DNA from: an uncultured Phycisphaerales bacterium
GTDB taxonomy: Bacteria; Planctomycetota; Phycisphaerae; UBA1845; CAIVHJ01
DNA: 38,208 bases
Assembly (NCBI GenBank): GCA_903905665.1
Contig: CAIVHJ010000330.1
Location: 1-38,208 of the forward strand
Reading direction: 5' to 3'
Shown: positions 17,424 to 26,057 of the stretch, one piece after another
Numbering within the stretch: the stretch's first letter is position 1
Layout of the letters: each line of letters begins with the position of its first letter
Program-made: the position numbers and the translations under genes
The notes under the pieces: generated by a model
What the model was told of the DNA's origin: nothing
What the model saw: the letters and a program-made list of their open reading frames with translations, nothing else
Database searches by the model: none

Positions 17424-18518
17424 TCAGCTCCCCGGAGCTTCCCGCTTCAAGGCAAAGACTTTTTGCCAATCTTCAGAACGTCCGGTTTTCGTAGCGACCG
17501 CAAAGGCCGCTTGATACCGTGACTGCCAATCTTGATCTGGAGACGTACGACTTGGAACGCCAGTAGACCCTTCTACCATAGGGACGATGACAGGCTGATT
17601 ATTCCGATCTAGCACCAGGTGAGTCCCTGCCGGGGCCGCTACAACAGGCGCCGCAGGAACGACACTAGATGGAGTCAGAACGGGAGCCACAGGTTTTTGG
17701 CCTGACAAGACATCCTTGAGTTTCATTTCCTGGTATTTGGCATACCAGAACCCCTGAGAATCAAGCTGTTGTAAAAGCTGAGGATTCGCGGCCACTTCTG
17801 GCTTGGCGAGTTCAGCGTCTACAAAGGCTCGAATCTTAGGGACGTATTCCTTGAAGTCTGTCGCGCCTAATTCCTGCTTTGCTCTTTCATCAAGTTTGTC
17901 AACTCCTGATTGAAACCTTTGAGGGGCAATCGAAGCGTTTAATTCTGCGATTTGCCTCTCTAGATTCGCAATCCGCTCCGCTTCAGGGCTGGCTTTGGGA
18001 GGCGGCGTTTGCTGAGGCTCTTTTGGAGGAGCCGCAGGAGGTGGCTGCTGATTTCTCAGAGCCGCCCGTTCCACTTCCAAGGCCGCCCGTTCACGGGCTA
18101 GTTCTTGGCTTTTCTGTGTGTTGTGGCGTTCGAGCTGTATGTTCTTCAGAGCTTCTTTGGCTGGCACAGTCATTTCAACGCCGTCCACTTTTATACGCAC
18201 CATCGTTCCATCCGGCAGCTTGCTGAGGTCAAGTTCGCCGGGTGCGGTAGGTGCTGGTGGAGTCGATGTCGCGGGCGTGATGGCAGGAGGCGGAGTGGCC
18301 GCTACAGGCGCAATTCCTCTACCCTTGTCTGCGAAATCCTTCACAGGTCGGTTGACGATGAGTCCGTCTTCCGATACAAAGTCTGGGAATAACTTCGCAG
18401 CCGTGGATGGGTTTGTCGGCGTAACTGGCTCCCCGGCCTTCGGTGCCGGCGGTTCACTTCCCGGTCTGTCTAGGTTAAGCGCCGCTTCTTCCGCGGTGGC
18501 TCTATCCTTTATTTCCAT
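17424..18518 (-). CDS. Scaffolding protein candidate, 364 aa
   Basis: Lies between the portal and capsid genes. Pro/Ala-rich N-terminus, then a long E/Q/R/A-rich helical region (ELARERAALEVERAALRNQ, ERIANLERQIAELNA). Confidence 0.6.
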   Translation of the reverse strand: MEIKDRATAEEAALNLDRPGSEPPAPKAGEPVTPTNPSTAAKLFPDFVSEDGLIVNRPVKDFADKGRGIAPVAATPPPAITPATSTPPAPTAPGELDLSKLPDGTMVRIKVDGVEMTVPAKEALKNIQLERHNTQKSQELARERAALEVERAALRNQQPPPAAPPKEPQQTPPPKASPEAERIANLERQIAELNASIAPQRFQSGVDKLDERAKQELGATDFKEYVPKIRAFVDAELAKPEVAANPQLLQQLDSQGFWYAKYQEMKLKDVLSGQKPVAPVLTPSSVVPAAPVVAAPAGTHLVLDRNNQPVIVPMVEGSTGVPSRTSPDQDWQSRYQAAFAVATKTGRSEDWQKVFALKREAPGS

Positions 18519-18536
18519 TTTCGTTCTCCTTGAGAC

Positions 18537-18875
18537 TCATCCCTCTTGCGGGGTAGAGTTTGCAAGCTCGTCCAACTTCTGCCGTGCGTCTCTTGCCTCT
18601 TGGATTCTCGAAAGGATACGCGATTCAATGCGGTCCATCGTTTCCAGTTGGCCTTTGATGTGCGCGAGCTGAGTGACCGAGCTTGGTACGAAATCGAGCC
18701 CTCGAATCATGCGAATCATGTCCTTTTCCATCGGGGCAAAAATGTTTTCTTTCATCCATTCGAGGTGCTTTCCTTCAACAAATTCCTCATAGGGCCTGGC
18801 GTCCCGTATGGCCTGTTGCCACTTAGCGGCTTCCTCGGCCTGAGTCTTAATGATGTCGTCCATTTCTGTTTTCAT
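18537..18875 (-). CDS. Hypothetical protein, 112 aa (head-assembly module)
   Basis: ATGA-coupled to the portal gene stop. Charged, helical-looking sequence. Confidence 0.65.
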   Translation of the reverse strand: MKTEMDDIIKTQAEEAAKWQQAIRDARPYEEFVEGKHLEWMKENIFAPMEKDMIRMIRGLDFVPSSVTQLAHIKGQLETMDRIESRILSRIQEARDARQKLDELANSTPQEG

Positions 18876-20830
18876 GCTGGTGCCAAGATATTCTGTTGAG
18901 CTGGGCTCATTGGACCCGATACGCCTGGAGGTGAAGGATTGCCTTTAGGTGATCCCTGCCCTTGCTGAGGCGGAGGAGGTTGCATGGCGGGCAATTTTAA
19001 TTCGTCAATGTTTCTAAACCCAAGAATCTTAGAAATCTGTTCAAACGGGATCTGTGGATTAAACAGTTTGACGTTTTGCGCTTGGACGGCTCCCACTTGG
19101 AGAAGTTGCCCCATCTGAGCGTTCGCCTGGTTCCCAAGTTCCGCTAAAACTTTCCATTGGGACATCTGTTGTTGTTTGTTTTGGCCGAGCGCTGGCATGA
19201 AGTCAAAATCGCCTTGGATGGATAGCGACGGTGGCGTTCCGACGTAGTTCCCGTCGTTATCTTTGATAAATTTCCACCCAAGAACCCGCCCTGTGACTTG
19301 CTCAATAAAGACATCCGACTCGTACTCCTGTTCCAATCGGAGGAGGAACTGAAACAGGGGTACGAGTCCAGTCAGGGCAATGTTGCGGATAATCATGTTC
19401 GTCTTTTTAGACGAATTGGACGCCAAGATATTGGACGTTGTGGCCGCTTGCTCGTCATTGGCCTGGCTGTTGACTCCAAGTTGTTCAGGGCTCACGGATG
19501 AGATTTCAGCATAAAGGGCATCGTTTCTCTGTTGCGCCGGGAGACTGATCGCCACAGGATTTGCCATCTCCATCTCTCGGACGCCTTCTTGAGAGATATC
19601 CATCCCTTGCACGACTCCTCCGATCTTGCGGAGCTTCAAGGCCATCAGATCGATGCCGGCATTCTTTCCTACCAAGATGGGAGGACGAAGGGCGCGGGCT
19701 ACTGCCTCCCGCTCCTGGTTAAAGCGAGCGTTTGTTTCTTTTTGGAGGCCCTCCGTGACCTCTGGGAAGCTCTTACCATACATAGAATGGCTTTCAGGAA
19801 ATGATGTTGCGACAACGAATGGCGGTCGAACGGGCTCAGTTGGATCGAATTGATAGGGCAGGTTATTATCCACCCATCCGCGCAGTTCGGCCATGGGACG
19901 TTCCGCCGAGCCTCCCAAAACAAAACTCCCTGAGATGAGGTGCTCGTCATCCCCTTTCGGCTGTAGATCCCAGTATTCGTAGACCCAAATCGTTTGAAGG
20001 TCTTCAATGTCTTCAGGAGCTCCGGCGAACGGCGACCCTTGATTAAGATTTCTTTGGTTTTTGATGAGGTCGGTTCCCGGTATAGTCCCCGCCCATGGGA
20101 TGAGATCGACATTCTTATACCCTCTCCGTTTGCAGTAATCCCGAGTCCTTTTTACTCGGTGGCAAATTGGAAACTGCCAATAGTTTTTCCATGTGGATTC
20201 ATAGTGAAAAAATAGGTCTTCGTAAGGAACGCACTCAACCATCGGCGTGAAGAATTGGACGACCTTCTGGAGGTCTTTCGGGTCCGGCGGTTCGACGGAA
20301 TGACCATCCTCGTCAACAATGAACGCTGTCCGAACACCTTTGACTTTGGATTTGACGACTTTAAACTTGGGATAGATTTTTAGGATGCCGACTTTGTTCT
20401 TTATGGCGTCCTGAACAAACTCGTAAATTTCTTGATAGGCATTAATCGGGTGTCCATTCAGACGATAGTTCAGGAGCGCTTTAACAATGTCCAAAGTCTC
20501 CCGAGGAACGCTCTTCCAAGACCGAATCGTGCACAACTCCTCAAAGTCAAAGAACCACGTTTCGAGACATTCTTCCATAATCCTTTGGACTTGCGCGTAG
20601 GTCTTCGGGATAAACAGGCGTGGCACACCGAGCATTTCCGAGAAGGCGATTTCTTTCTTATCGAATTTGGCGTCATAGAGATCGTTGTCCTTTGCCCACC
20701 TGAACTCAACCAAATTCCTGACATTTCGGCTCATTCGGAGAATATCGTATCCCCGTCGGATCGACTCAAAATCTCCCGCCTTGCCGATATACTCAACCGC
20801 GCTGTCTGATGGGAAAGGAACGGCATCCAT
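18872..20830 (-). CDS. Portal protein candidate, 652 aa
   Basis: Size and position (2 nt after terL, upstream of scaffold and capsid). The Gln/Pro-rich C-terminal tail is common in portals. No motif-level proof. Confidence 0.65.
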   Translation of the reverse strand: MDAVPFPSDSAVEYIGKAGDFESIRRGYDILRMSRNVRNLVEFRWAKDNDLYDAKFDKKEIAFSEMLGVPRLFIPKTYAQVQRIMEECLETWFFDFEELCTIRSWKSVPRETLDIVKALLNYRLNGHPINAYQEIYEFVQDAIKNKVGILKIYPKFKVVKSKVKGVRTAFIVDEDGHSVEPPDPKDLQKVVQFFTPMVECVPYEDLFFHYESTWKNYWQFPICHRVKRTRDYCKRRGYKNVDLIPWAGTIPGTDLIKNQRNLNQGSPFAGAPEDIEDLQTIWVYEYWDLQPKGDDEHLISGSFVLGGSAERPMAELRGWVDNNLPYQFDPTEPVRPPFVVATSFPESHSMYGKSFPEVTEGLQKETNARFNQEREAVARALRPPILVGKNAGIDLMALKLRKIGGVVQGMDISQEGVREMEMANPVAISLPAQQRNDALYAEISSVSPEQLGVNSQANDEQAATTSNILASNSSKKTNMIIRNIALTGLVPLFQFLLRLEQEYESDVFIEQVTGRVLGWKFIKDNDGNYVGTPPSLSIQGDFDFMPALGQNKQQQMSQWKVLAELGNQANAQMGQLLQVGAVQAQNVKLFNPQIPFEQISKILGFRNIDELKLPAMQPPPPQQGQGSPKGNPSPPGVSGPMSPAQQNILAPA

Positions 20831-20832
20831 AG

Positions 20833-22554
20833 TTAGTACCCCGCCTCAATATCCGCTGGCACAAATTCTTCTTTGGTCCCCTGTTCATGCGGATACCATC
20901 CCAGTCGTGACTGAAAAATATACCGCATCGCCGCGTGATGATCGTGCTTCCCTTCCTGAATGGCATCCTTTGGTCCTCGCACGTCTTCGTTTGAAAACAT
21001 ATCCCTCTGTAACGTCCTCATCGACTGGATCAAGAGCTGATTCTCCGGTCTATCGAGAATGAAAAACATTTCGTCTTTCAGCATTTGTCGGATGATGTCC
21101 ACTCCAGCGAGAATCGACCCCTTATATGAATCGGCTTTCCGCAATCCGGGCACTGCGTTGTCGCCATGAGTAAGAATTTTCCAGGCGTTGATGTTATCGA
21201 ACGCCGTCCTGTCCGAGTCGGCGTGAGGGTCGCATTTTCCAAAACCATATCGGTACGTTCGTAGCATCGCATGAATATCTTCTTTCACCTCTCGGAGATT
21301 CTTGTCCCCCAAGTAACATCGGTCGATGTATTTTCTCTCATCCCGATCCACCGCCACAACCACCGCGGCGGTCGCTTTGACTTCGTGCGGGTCAAGACCA
21401 AGGTAAGCCACGTAAAGTAAAAAAGGGCACATAGGATCATGGTAGGTGTCGGCTGGGTTTGCGTTTGCATCAGTCCGTACTCCAGCGCAATGGCAATCCA
21501 GATATTCACCATCACCCAGCCCCAGCGCGGACGGAGGTATAACGTGAATCCGTCTTTTGAAATACGTCCCGTACACGAGGCCCGACAGCGAGATCCATTC
21601 GCCCAGGAGCCGCATTCGCAACTCATCGTAGTTTTTGATGTTTCCACAAATTTCCCTCAATGATTTTAAATTCGCCGCCGGGTTTGATATCGAGCAGAGC
21701 TGAAACCACCGGACGGCGTTTCCGTGCTCGTCAGCGTCTTTATTCCAGAGCCGATCATATACCCACGACAACCCGTTGGTCGGCGTCATACCAAACGCGA
21801 TGTCGAGTTTATCGGCGGTCGCAAATCGGATCAAGTTTTCCTCAAAAATCTTCTCTCTCGGCTCCTCGTCAAATCGAACCCGGTCCAAGGGTGGTCCTTG
21901 GAATGTCCCGACATCAGCTTCGTTCGTCATCAGTTCAATGGTGGCGCAAATTTGCTTTTCTTCCGGGTGAACGAGCGTCAACGTCATCTTTTCAGCAGAC
22001 CAACTTTTTTCCCATTTCCCGTCGATCAAATAATTCTTTGGCACCCAATATCGGATCGCTGGTAAGTTATGGTTTAAGACCCCATGCGTATAGTCCTTGC
22101 AGACGACACGGATGCGGTTAAACTTCTTCGTCGGCAATTTCGATTCTGGATAAATCCCCTTCAACGATGGCGGGATAATCCGACACGCTTTAATCAAGTC
22201 CTCGATGGTCGTCGAAACCGTCTTAGAACTCTGGTTTCCTCCCGCGACTCCGATGATGTTCGCCGTGCAGGAGTGAACGTCAATCGCGGAGTCAAGGTGG
22301 GCGGGGATATCTTCGGGTTTAAGGAACTCTTCGAGGAACACACGCATGGCCGGCGTCACCGTACTGTTGGTGGGCTGATAGAAATAAAACGGCTCCGCCT
22401 GTCTGATTTGACGGAGCTCTTCTAAGCGGGCGGCGATATACTCGCGTTCCGTTTCCGCTGCTCTTAAAAGATCCTCTCGGGTTTTAAGTTTACGCGGGCG
22501 ACCCGTTGACCGCATGAGCGAGCGGTCGGGTTTCGTTGCGAGTGCGGGCGCCAT
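20833..22554 (-). CDS. terL: Terminase large subunit
   Basis: Walker A-like VAGGNQSSKT and Walker B-like LDRVRFDEEP. A TPTNG coupling-type motif is present. The C-terminal nuclease half has AAVVVAVD and later acidic residues. 573 aa. Confidence 0.85.
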   Translation of the reverse strand: MAPALATKPDRSLMRSTGRPRKLKTREDLLRAAETEREYIAARLEELRQIRQAEPFYFYQPTNSTVTPAMRVFLEEFLKPEDIPAHLDSAIDVHSCTANIIGVAGGNQSSKTVSTTIEDLIKACRIIPPSLKGIYPESKLPTKKFNRIRVVCKDYTHGVLNHNLPAIRYWVPKNYLIDGKWEKSWSAEKMTLTLVHPEEKQICATIELMTNEADVGTFQGPPLDRVRFDEEPREKIFEENLIRFATADKLDIAFGMTPTNGLSWVYDRLWNKDADEHGNAVRWFQLCSISNPAANLKSLREICGNIKNYDELRMRLLGEWISLSGLVYGTYFKRRIHVIPPSALGLGDGEYLDCHCAGVRTDANANPADTYHDPMCPFLLYVAYLGLDPHEVKATAAVVVAVDRDERKYIDRCYLGDKNLREVKEDIHAMLRTYRYGFGKCDPHADSDRTAFDNINAWKILTHGDNAVPGLRKADSYKGSILAGVDIIRQMLKDEMFFILDRPENQLLIQSMRTLQRDMFSNEDVRGPKDAIQEGKHDHHAAMRYIFQSRLGWYPHEQGTKEEFVPADIEAGY

Positions 22555-22805
22555 TAATAAACCTGGCTGTCCCCATCCTCGTCTCCATCCGACCCACCCT
22601 TACGCATCTTCTGATCAAAGTCCGTCCCTTTGGCGGGAGCATAATTAACAGGCCCCACTCCCGGCTGGTTTAGTTTCGCCAGATCAATCTCGATCGCCTT
22701 GGTTCTCTCGGTGTTCGATGCCGGGTACTCTTTTCGTTCGGGGATATTAAACCCGCGGCCTCGGCCCTCAATAAATGGGGACCCCTGCTTTTTATCTTTT
22801 TCCAT
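22554..22805 (-). CDS. Hypothetical protein, 83 aa, directly upstream of and coupled to terL
   Basis: ATG 22805 (MEKDKKQGSPF...) follows GGAGAGGAGA. Its stop overlaps the terL ATG (TAATG). Acidic C-terminus DGDEDGDSQVY. Could be a very small terminase accessory or small subunit. Confidence 0.55.
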   Translation of the reverse strand: MEKDKKQGSPFIEGRGRGFNIPERKEYPASNTERTKAIEIDLAKLNQPGVGPVNYAPAKGTDFDQKMRKGGSDGDEDGDSQVY

Positions 22806-22806
22806 A

Positions 22807-24546
22807 TTATCTCCTCTCCCCGTGCATGATGGCTTTGATCGACGCCGCTCCCGCTGACGGTGGTACAACCCTTAACTGTAAAAACCGCCAGTTCAAGTTA
22901 CCGAAGTCGACAAACGTGCTGGACGACGGATACACGAACGAGGTGACGGTATACGTCGATCCCGTCTGAACGAAGTTCGTCCCATCGTTTCCATACCAGA
23001 ATCCGAACGCCGGAGATCCTGCGATAGCAGGGACTGTCAGCGTATAGGTGTCCGTTGTGGTCTTCGTCGCAGACGATACCCACGTCATAGGGACTCCCGC
23101 CACTGCCATGGTCGATGTCAGTGCCAATTGGATGCTGTTGGCCGTTATAGGGATGACGTAGTACGTTACTCCCTGACCAAGCATAACTGCCGTCCCTCCG
23201 GTCGTTGCCGTCGAATAATACAAGGGCGTTGTCCCAGCCGCCGTCGAAAGGTACACTCCCAACCCCAAAGGGAGTCCGTGACTGGCGATCCCGATCGTCT
23301 GACCCGACAACGTAAACGAGCTGTTGGTGCCTCCGTACATCGATCCCGTCGCTACGCCCGTGATGCTACTAGACGACGTATATGGGCTGATCGTCATCCC
23401 GTTCTGCGTCGACGTATACACCACATACGTTGTCGTTGACCCCACCGCCGTCGATGTCGCGTAAATAACGCCTGTGGTTGCCACGCAAGTCGATGTCACG
23501 ACCCCCGTAAACGATGAATTAATCGCCTGATACAGCGACGTGCAGGTGCTCCCGGTACTCGTCACCGGATACCAATGCGTATTGGCTTTTAGACACGTCC
23601 CGTTAATACAGAGCTGCGCGTTATCGGCGCCGCCGGTCATCATGGCCGCTGACACTGTGATGGACGAAATACTCGACACCAAAGACAGTGTATTGCCAGC
23701 CGACCCCGTAAACCCTGCCGTCGTATAAATAACCGCGTACGTGTTGGTCGCCATGACGGGCATCCCGACAGCCGTGTTGGTCCCGATGAGCAGGTTGATG
23801 GCTTTCATTATGTTCTGCGCCGTAGTCGTTGTGTCGGCTCCCACCTGCCACTCATATCCCGCCCGCAGATACGCCCCCGCCACCGTTACCGTCGCCGGAG
23901 CGACTCCGCTCGCAAACGTCGCTGACCCAATCGCCGCCTTACTTGACGATGTGATCGCCCAGGCGTTCTGAATCGTTCCCGAACTGATCGCTGAGATCGT
24001 TACGCTCGCGCCCGATACCGTCGACGTAAGCTGTCCCGATGTCGCCGTCGACACCAAAAGTGCCCCCAAGTTTGCCGCTGTGCTCGTGGACGAAAACCCC
24101 TGCGCGACGTTCCCCCCAATCACAAACGGACTCCCCGTGTAAAACGGCGGACCCGTGATCGTTAAAACTGTCCCCGCCACGTTCGACGAAATTAATATCG
24201 ACGTGCTCGCCACCACCCCACCTAAACTCTGCGTCGTCAGTACCGTAATATACCCCGTCGCCGCCGCCGTCGAGAGTACCGCCGGGTTTACAATCGTGAT
24301 CGTCGCCGTCGAGGCTCTCCCGTCATTAAACGTCACGTTCGATAACGCGTCCGACGATACAATAACCTGCGCCGAGATGTAGTCGACATCCCGCGAACTC
24401 ATGTCTAACGTATACGTCATCGTCGCGCCACTCACTCCTACCGCCGCCGCCGCATCCGTCATTGGCGCTTCCATCGTCGTGTTGGAACCGTACAAAGGAA
24501 CTCCTATAAATAAAAATATCGCCGCTACCTGCGCTGCCCGTTTCAT
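22807..24546 (-). CDS. Ser/Thr/Ala/Gly-rich repeat protein, 579 aa, with signal-peptide-like N-terminus
   Basis: GGGAGG lies 5 nt before ATG 24546 (MKRAAQVAAIFLFIGVPLYGS...). Three ~75-aa internal modules share the pattern aromatic-x-W/G...T-[AST]-x-N-[IL]...A-I-N...V-x-A-T...G...GN/ST. GC is higher than in flanking genes (58% in one 60-nt sample). Confidence 0.75.
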   Translation of the reverse strand: MKRAAQVAAIFLFIGVPLYGSNTTMEAPMTDAAAAVGVSGATMTYTLDMSSRDVDYISAQVIVSSDALSNVTFNDGRASTATITIVNPAVLSTAAATGYITVLTTQSLGGVVASTSILISSNVAGTVLTITGPPFYTGSPFVIGGNVAQGFSSTSTAANLGALLVSTATSGQLTSTVSGASVTISAISSGTIQNAWAITSSSKAAIGSATFASGVAPATVTVAGAYLRAGYEWQVGADTTTTAQNIMKAINLLIGTNTAVGMPVMATNTYAVIYTTAGFTGSAGNTLSLVSSISSITVSAAMMTGGADNAQLCINGTCLKANTHWYPVTSTGSTCTSLYQAINSSFTGVVTSTCVATTGVIYATSTAVGSTTTYVVYTSTQNGMTISPYTSSSSITGVATGSMYGGTNSSFTLSGQTIGIASHGLPLGLGVYLSTAAGTTPLYYSTATTGGTAVMLGQGVTYYVIPITANSIQLALTSTMAVAGVPMTWVSSATKTTTDTYTLTVPAIAGSPAFGFWYGNDGTNFVQTGSTYTVTSFVYPSSSTFVDFGNLNWRFLQLRVVPPSAGAASIKAIMHGERR

Positions 24547-24701
24547 CGGTCCCTCCCACACGTCGGACATTTACCAGGATTCCCCTCGGCGTTCACGGCA
24601 TGAGACGCCTCCTCTGACGCCTCAATACGCTCGCCGTCTACCTGCTCCTTCGCTTCGTCCCTCTTGATCCCCTTATCCGCCTTACCCGTTCGCTTGTCCA
24701 T
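24543..24701 (-). CDS. Small ORF, 52 aa, Lys/Glu-rich with C-terminal CPTCG (not in ORF track)
   Basis: GGGAGG lies 9 nt upstream of ATG 24701. Translation: MDKRTGKADKGIKRDEAKEQVDGERIEASEEASHAVNAEGNPGKCPTCGRDR. Its TGA overlaps the ATG of the 579-aa gene (ATGA). Confidence 0.45.
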   Translation of the reverse strand: MDKRTGKADKGIKRDEAKEQVDGERIEASEEASHAVNAEGNPGKCPTCGRDR

Positions 24702-24867
24702 ACCGTATCGCCTCCCTGGGTTTTCCCCGCATATCCTGGTGCGCTACTACCCGATGCCCATCCCCTAAATCCGTTACCTCCGGCTCACAATAACAGTCCG
24801 TCGGCCTCCCAAATACGTGATCCCATTCGTCACTCGCCACTATCACGTGATGCCATATCGCTCTCAA
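24682..24867 (-). CDS. Small protein, 61 aa, with C-x-C-x-P ... V-V-x-H motif
   Basis: The TTG start overlaps the upstream stop as TTGA. The motif DCYCEPEV...GHRVVAHQ resembles a recurrent small phage protein type that I recall only as hypothetical. Confidence 0.5.
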   Translation of the reverse strand: MRAIWHHVIVASDEWDHVFGRPTDCYCEPEVTDLGDGHRVVAHQDMRGKPREAIRYGQANG

Positions 24868-25154
24868 TGCAGATGCTCCGGTGCGACAACCTCGTATGTA
24901 AATTGGCTTTTTGTTTTTTTCGGCCTAACGGGGGTAGGGGTAGTAGTCCCCATAGTGCCGGGTGCCCCCCCTCCCCCATCCTCCGGCGTCGAAGCTGCAG
25001 CCCTCTCCCCCTTCAATGCGTAGTACCTCTCGACTAGCGCGCGCGTACCGGCCACCGTTCCAGGCCAGGGATCTACCCCTGCAGGGCATAGGCCCAATGT
25101 CACGCGCTTGTGGTTTACCGTCGAGCTCTTCTGATAATCTACATTATATTTCAT
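24864..25154 (-). CDS. Hypothetical protein, 96 aa
   Basis: ATGA-coupled to the HTH gene upstream. Contains a Gly/Thr/Pro-rich linker (DGGGGAPGTMGTTTPTPVRP) encoded by a G5-A-G7 run on the coding strand. Confidence 0.6.
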   Translation of the reverse strand: MKYNVDYQKSSTVNHKRVTLGLCPAGVDPWPGTVAGTRALVERYYALKGERAAASTPEDGGGGAPGTMGTTTPTPVRPKKTKSQFTYEVVAPEHLH

Positions 25155-25654
25155 GTTAACTCACCACGTTGATCTGTTGGCGTTTCCGTGCTAGTTAACT
25201 GAGTGTTGATTGCGTTCAAGCGCTCGCGTGACTGAGACACAAGGCGCTCGATGTTCATGGCGATATCAACTACGTTGAACACGGGACGGTTGAGCCCTTC
25301 CATGTCACGCGCTGCCTGGACGGCAAGCGATGCCATTCCCATAAGCTGATACGCTGAGGACGATTCGAGCTTCTCGAGTGTGATATTTTCTTGACTGGCG
25401 CGGGCTAGACCATAGAAGTTTCCGACTACAGTCTTTTTGCATCTCTCAAGGTCAATCAAATTTGATGGTAGCATCCGTTTTATGGCTATGACTGTAGGGA
25501 CACTCAGCCCAGATTGTTTTGCGACCTGATTCAGGGACCCCCCTAATTCAATAAGAGATTTAACCCATACTTGTTTTTGATAAGGAGTTCGTTCTAAAGT
25601 GACCGGGTAAGATTTACGTTTCGCAGCGGGTCTATCAGCGATTGCCGGCGCCAT
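25151..25654 (-). CDS. HTH DNA-binding protein, 167 aa: small-terminase-like or arm regulator
   Basis: The HTH GSLNQVAKQSGLSVPTVIAIKR lies near the N-terminus and is followed by a helical core. This layout is typical of TerS proteins. It is the first gene of the late arm and faces the repeat-rich control region. No SD precedes it; the promoter -10 is 9 nt upstream. Confidence 0.7.
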   Translation of the reverse strand: MAPAIADRPAAKRKSYPVTLERTPYQKQVWVKSLIELGGSLNQVAKQSGLSVPTVIAIKRMLPSNLIDLERCKKTVVGNFYGLARASQENITLEKLESSSAYQLMGMASLAVQAARDMEGLNRPVFNVVDIAMNIERLVSQSRERLNAINTQLTSTETPTDQRGELT

Positions 25655-25663
25655 TGCAAAGCA

Positions 25664-25692
25664 TATTTAGCATTTAGAATTGTGGGATTCAA
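25664..25692 (-). promoter_or_regulatory. Predicted sigma70-type promoter of the minus-strand late/HTH arm: TTGAAT-17-TAAATA
   Basis: On the minus strand, -35 is at 25692-25687 and -10 at 25669-25664. Only 9 nt (tgctttgca) separate it from ATG 25654, and no SD is present. Confidence 0.4.
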
Positions 25693-25847
25693 GGGGAAAG
25701 ATTTTGGCCAGCGCATTGGTGGCATAGCTATGGGCACGCGCTAGGATTCGATTCTAGGCCCATAAAATTTTGTTTTGATGGTTTAGTATCCGTTACCTAG
25801 TCATATGCAACAAGTTACAAAGCTGTTACAAATTACTCCGTCGGTGC

Positions 25848-25874
25848 TACTTATGTTACTTATGTTACTTATTT
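25848..25874. repeat. 9-bp tandem repeat x3 (TACTTATGT TACTTATGT TACTTATTT)
   Basis: Read directly from the sequence. It is immediately followed by a ~70-bp, roughly 80% AT stretch (25870-25940) containing AGAGTAAT twice. Confidence 0.9.
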
Positions 25875-26006
25875 ATTCTATAGAGTAATGGAATATATAG
25901 ATATATATAAAGAGAGTAATATGGATGTGTGTAATTCTAGCTCCAGGCAAATCGCATGTTTTATGCGTTTTTAGTGTTACACGGTATTCATCTGATAAGG
26001 AAACAA

Positions 26007-26018
26007 CGTAACGTTACG
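26007..26018. promoter_or_regulatory. Perfect 12-bp palindrome CGTAACGTTACG (candidate dimeric-regulator site)
   Basis: Self-complementary on inspection. It is built from the same GTTAC half-site iterated upstream. Confidence 0.45.
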
Positions 26019-26057
26019 CTAGGTCTAAAGACCCTACAGGGCCTAAAGGCTCATATT

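Larger units (their letters stand above)
25792..26018. repeat. Array of GTTAC motifs (7 direct + 1 inverted copy) in the divergent control region
   Basis: GTTAC occurs at 25792, 25814, 25825, 25855, 25864, 25976 and 26013. The inverted GTAAC is at 26008. GTTACAAA occurs twice, 11 bp apart (25814, 25825). Confidence 0.75.

Noticed and set aside
18118-18672. 184-aa plus-strand ORF antisense to the scaffold gene
   Set aside because: It is a shadow frame of the Pro/Ala-rich scaffold CDS, has no SD, and runs against the operon direction.
22898-24667. Several 60-100-aa ORFs on both strands within the 579-aa S/T-rich gene
   Set aside because: They are shadow ORFs caused by the high GC and repetitive ACN/GCN/TCN codons. 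They are Arg-rich translations with no SDs.
24961-24977. C7-T-C5 homopolymer run (G-runs on the coding strand) as a phase-variation switch in the 96-aa gene
   Set aside because: It simply encodes the Gly run DGGGGAPG. One 7-nt tract without evidence of length variation is insufficient.
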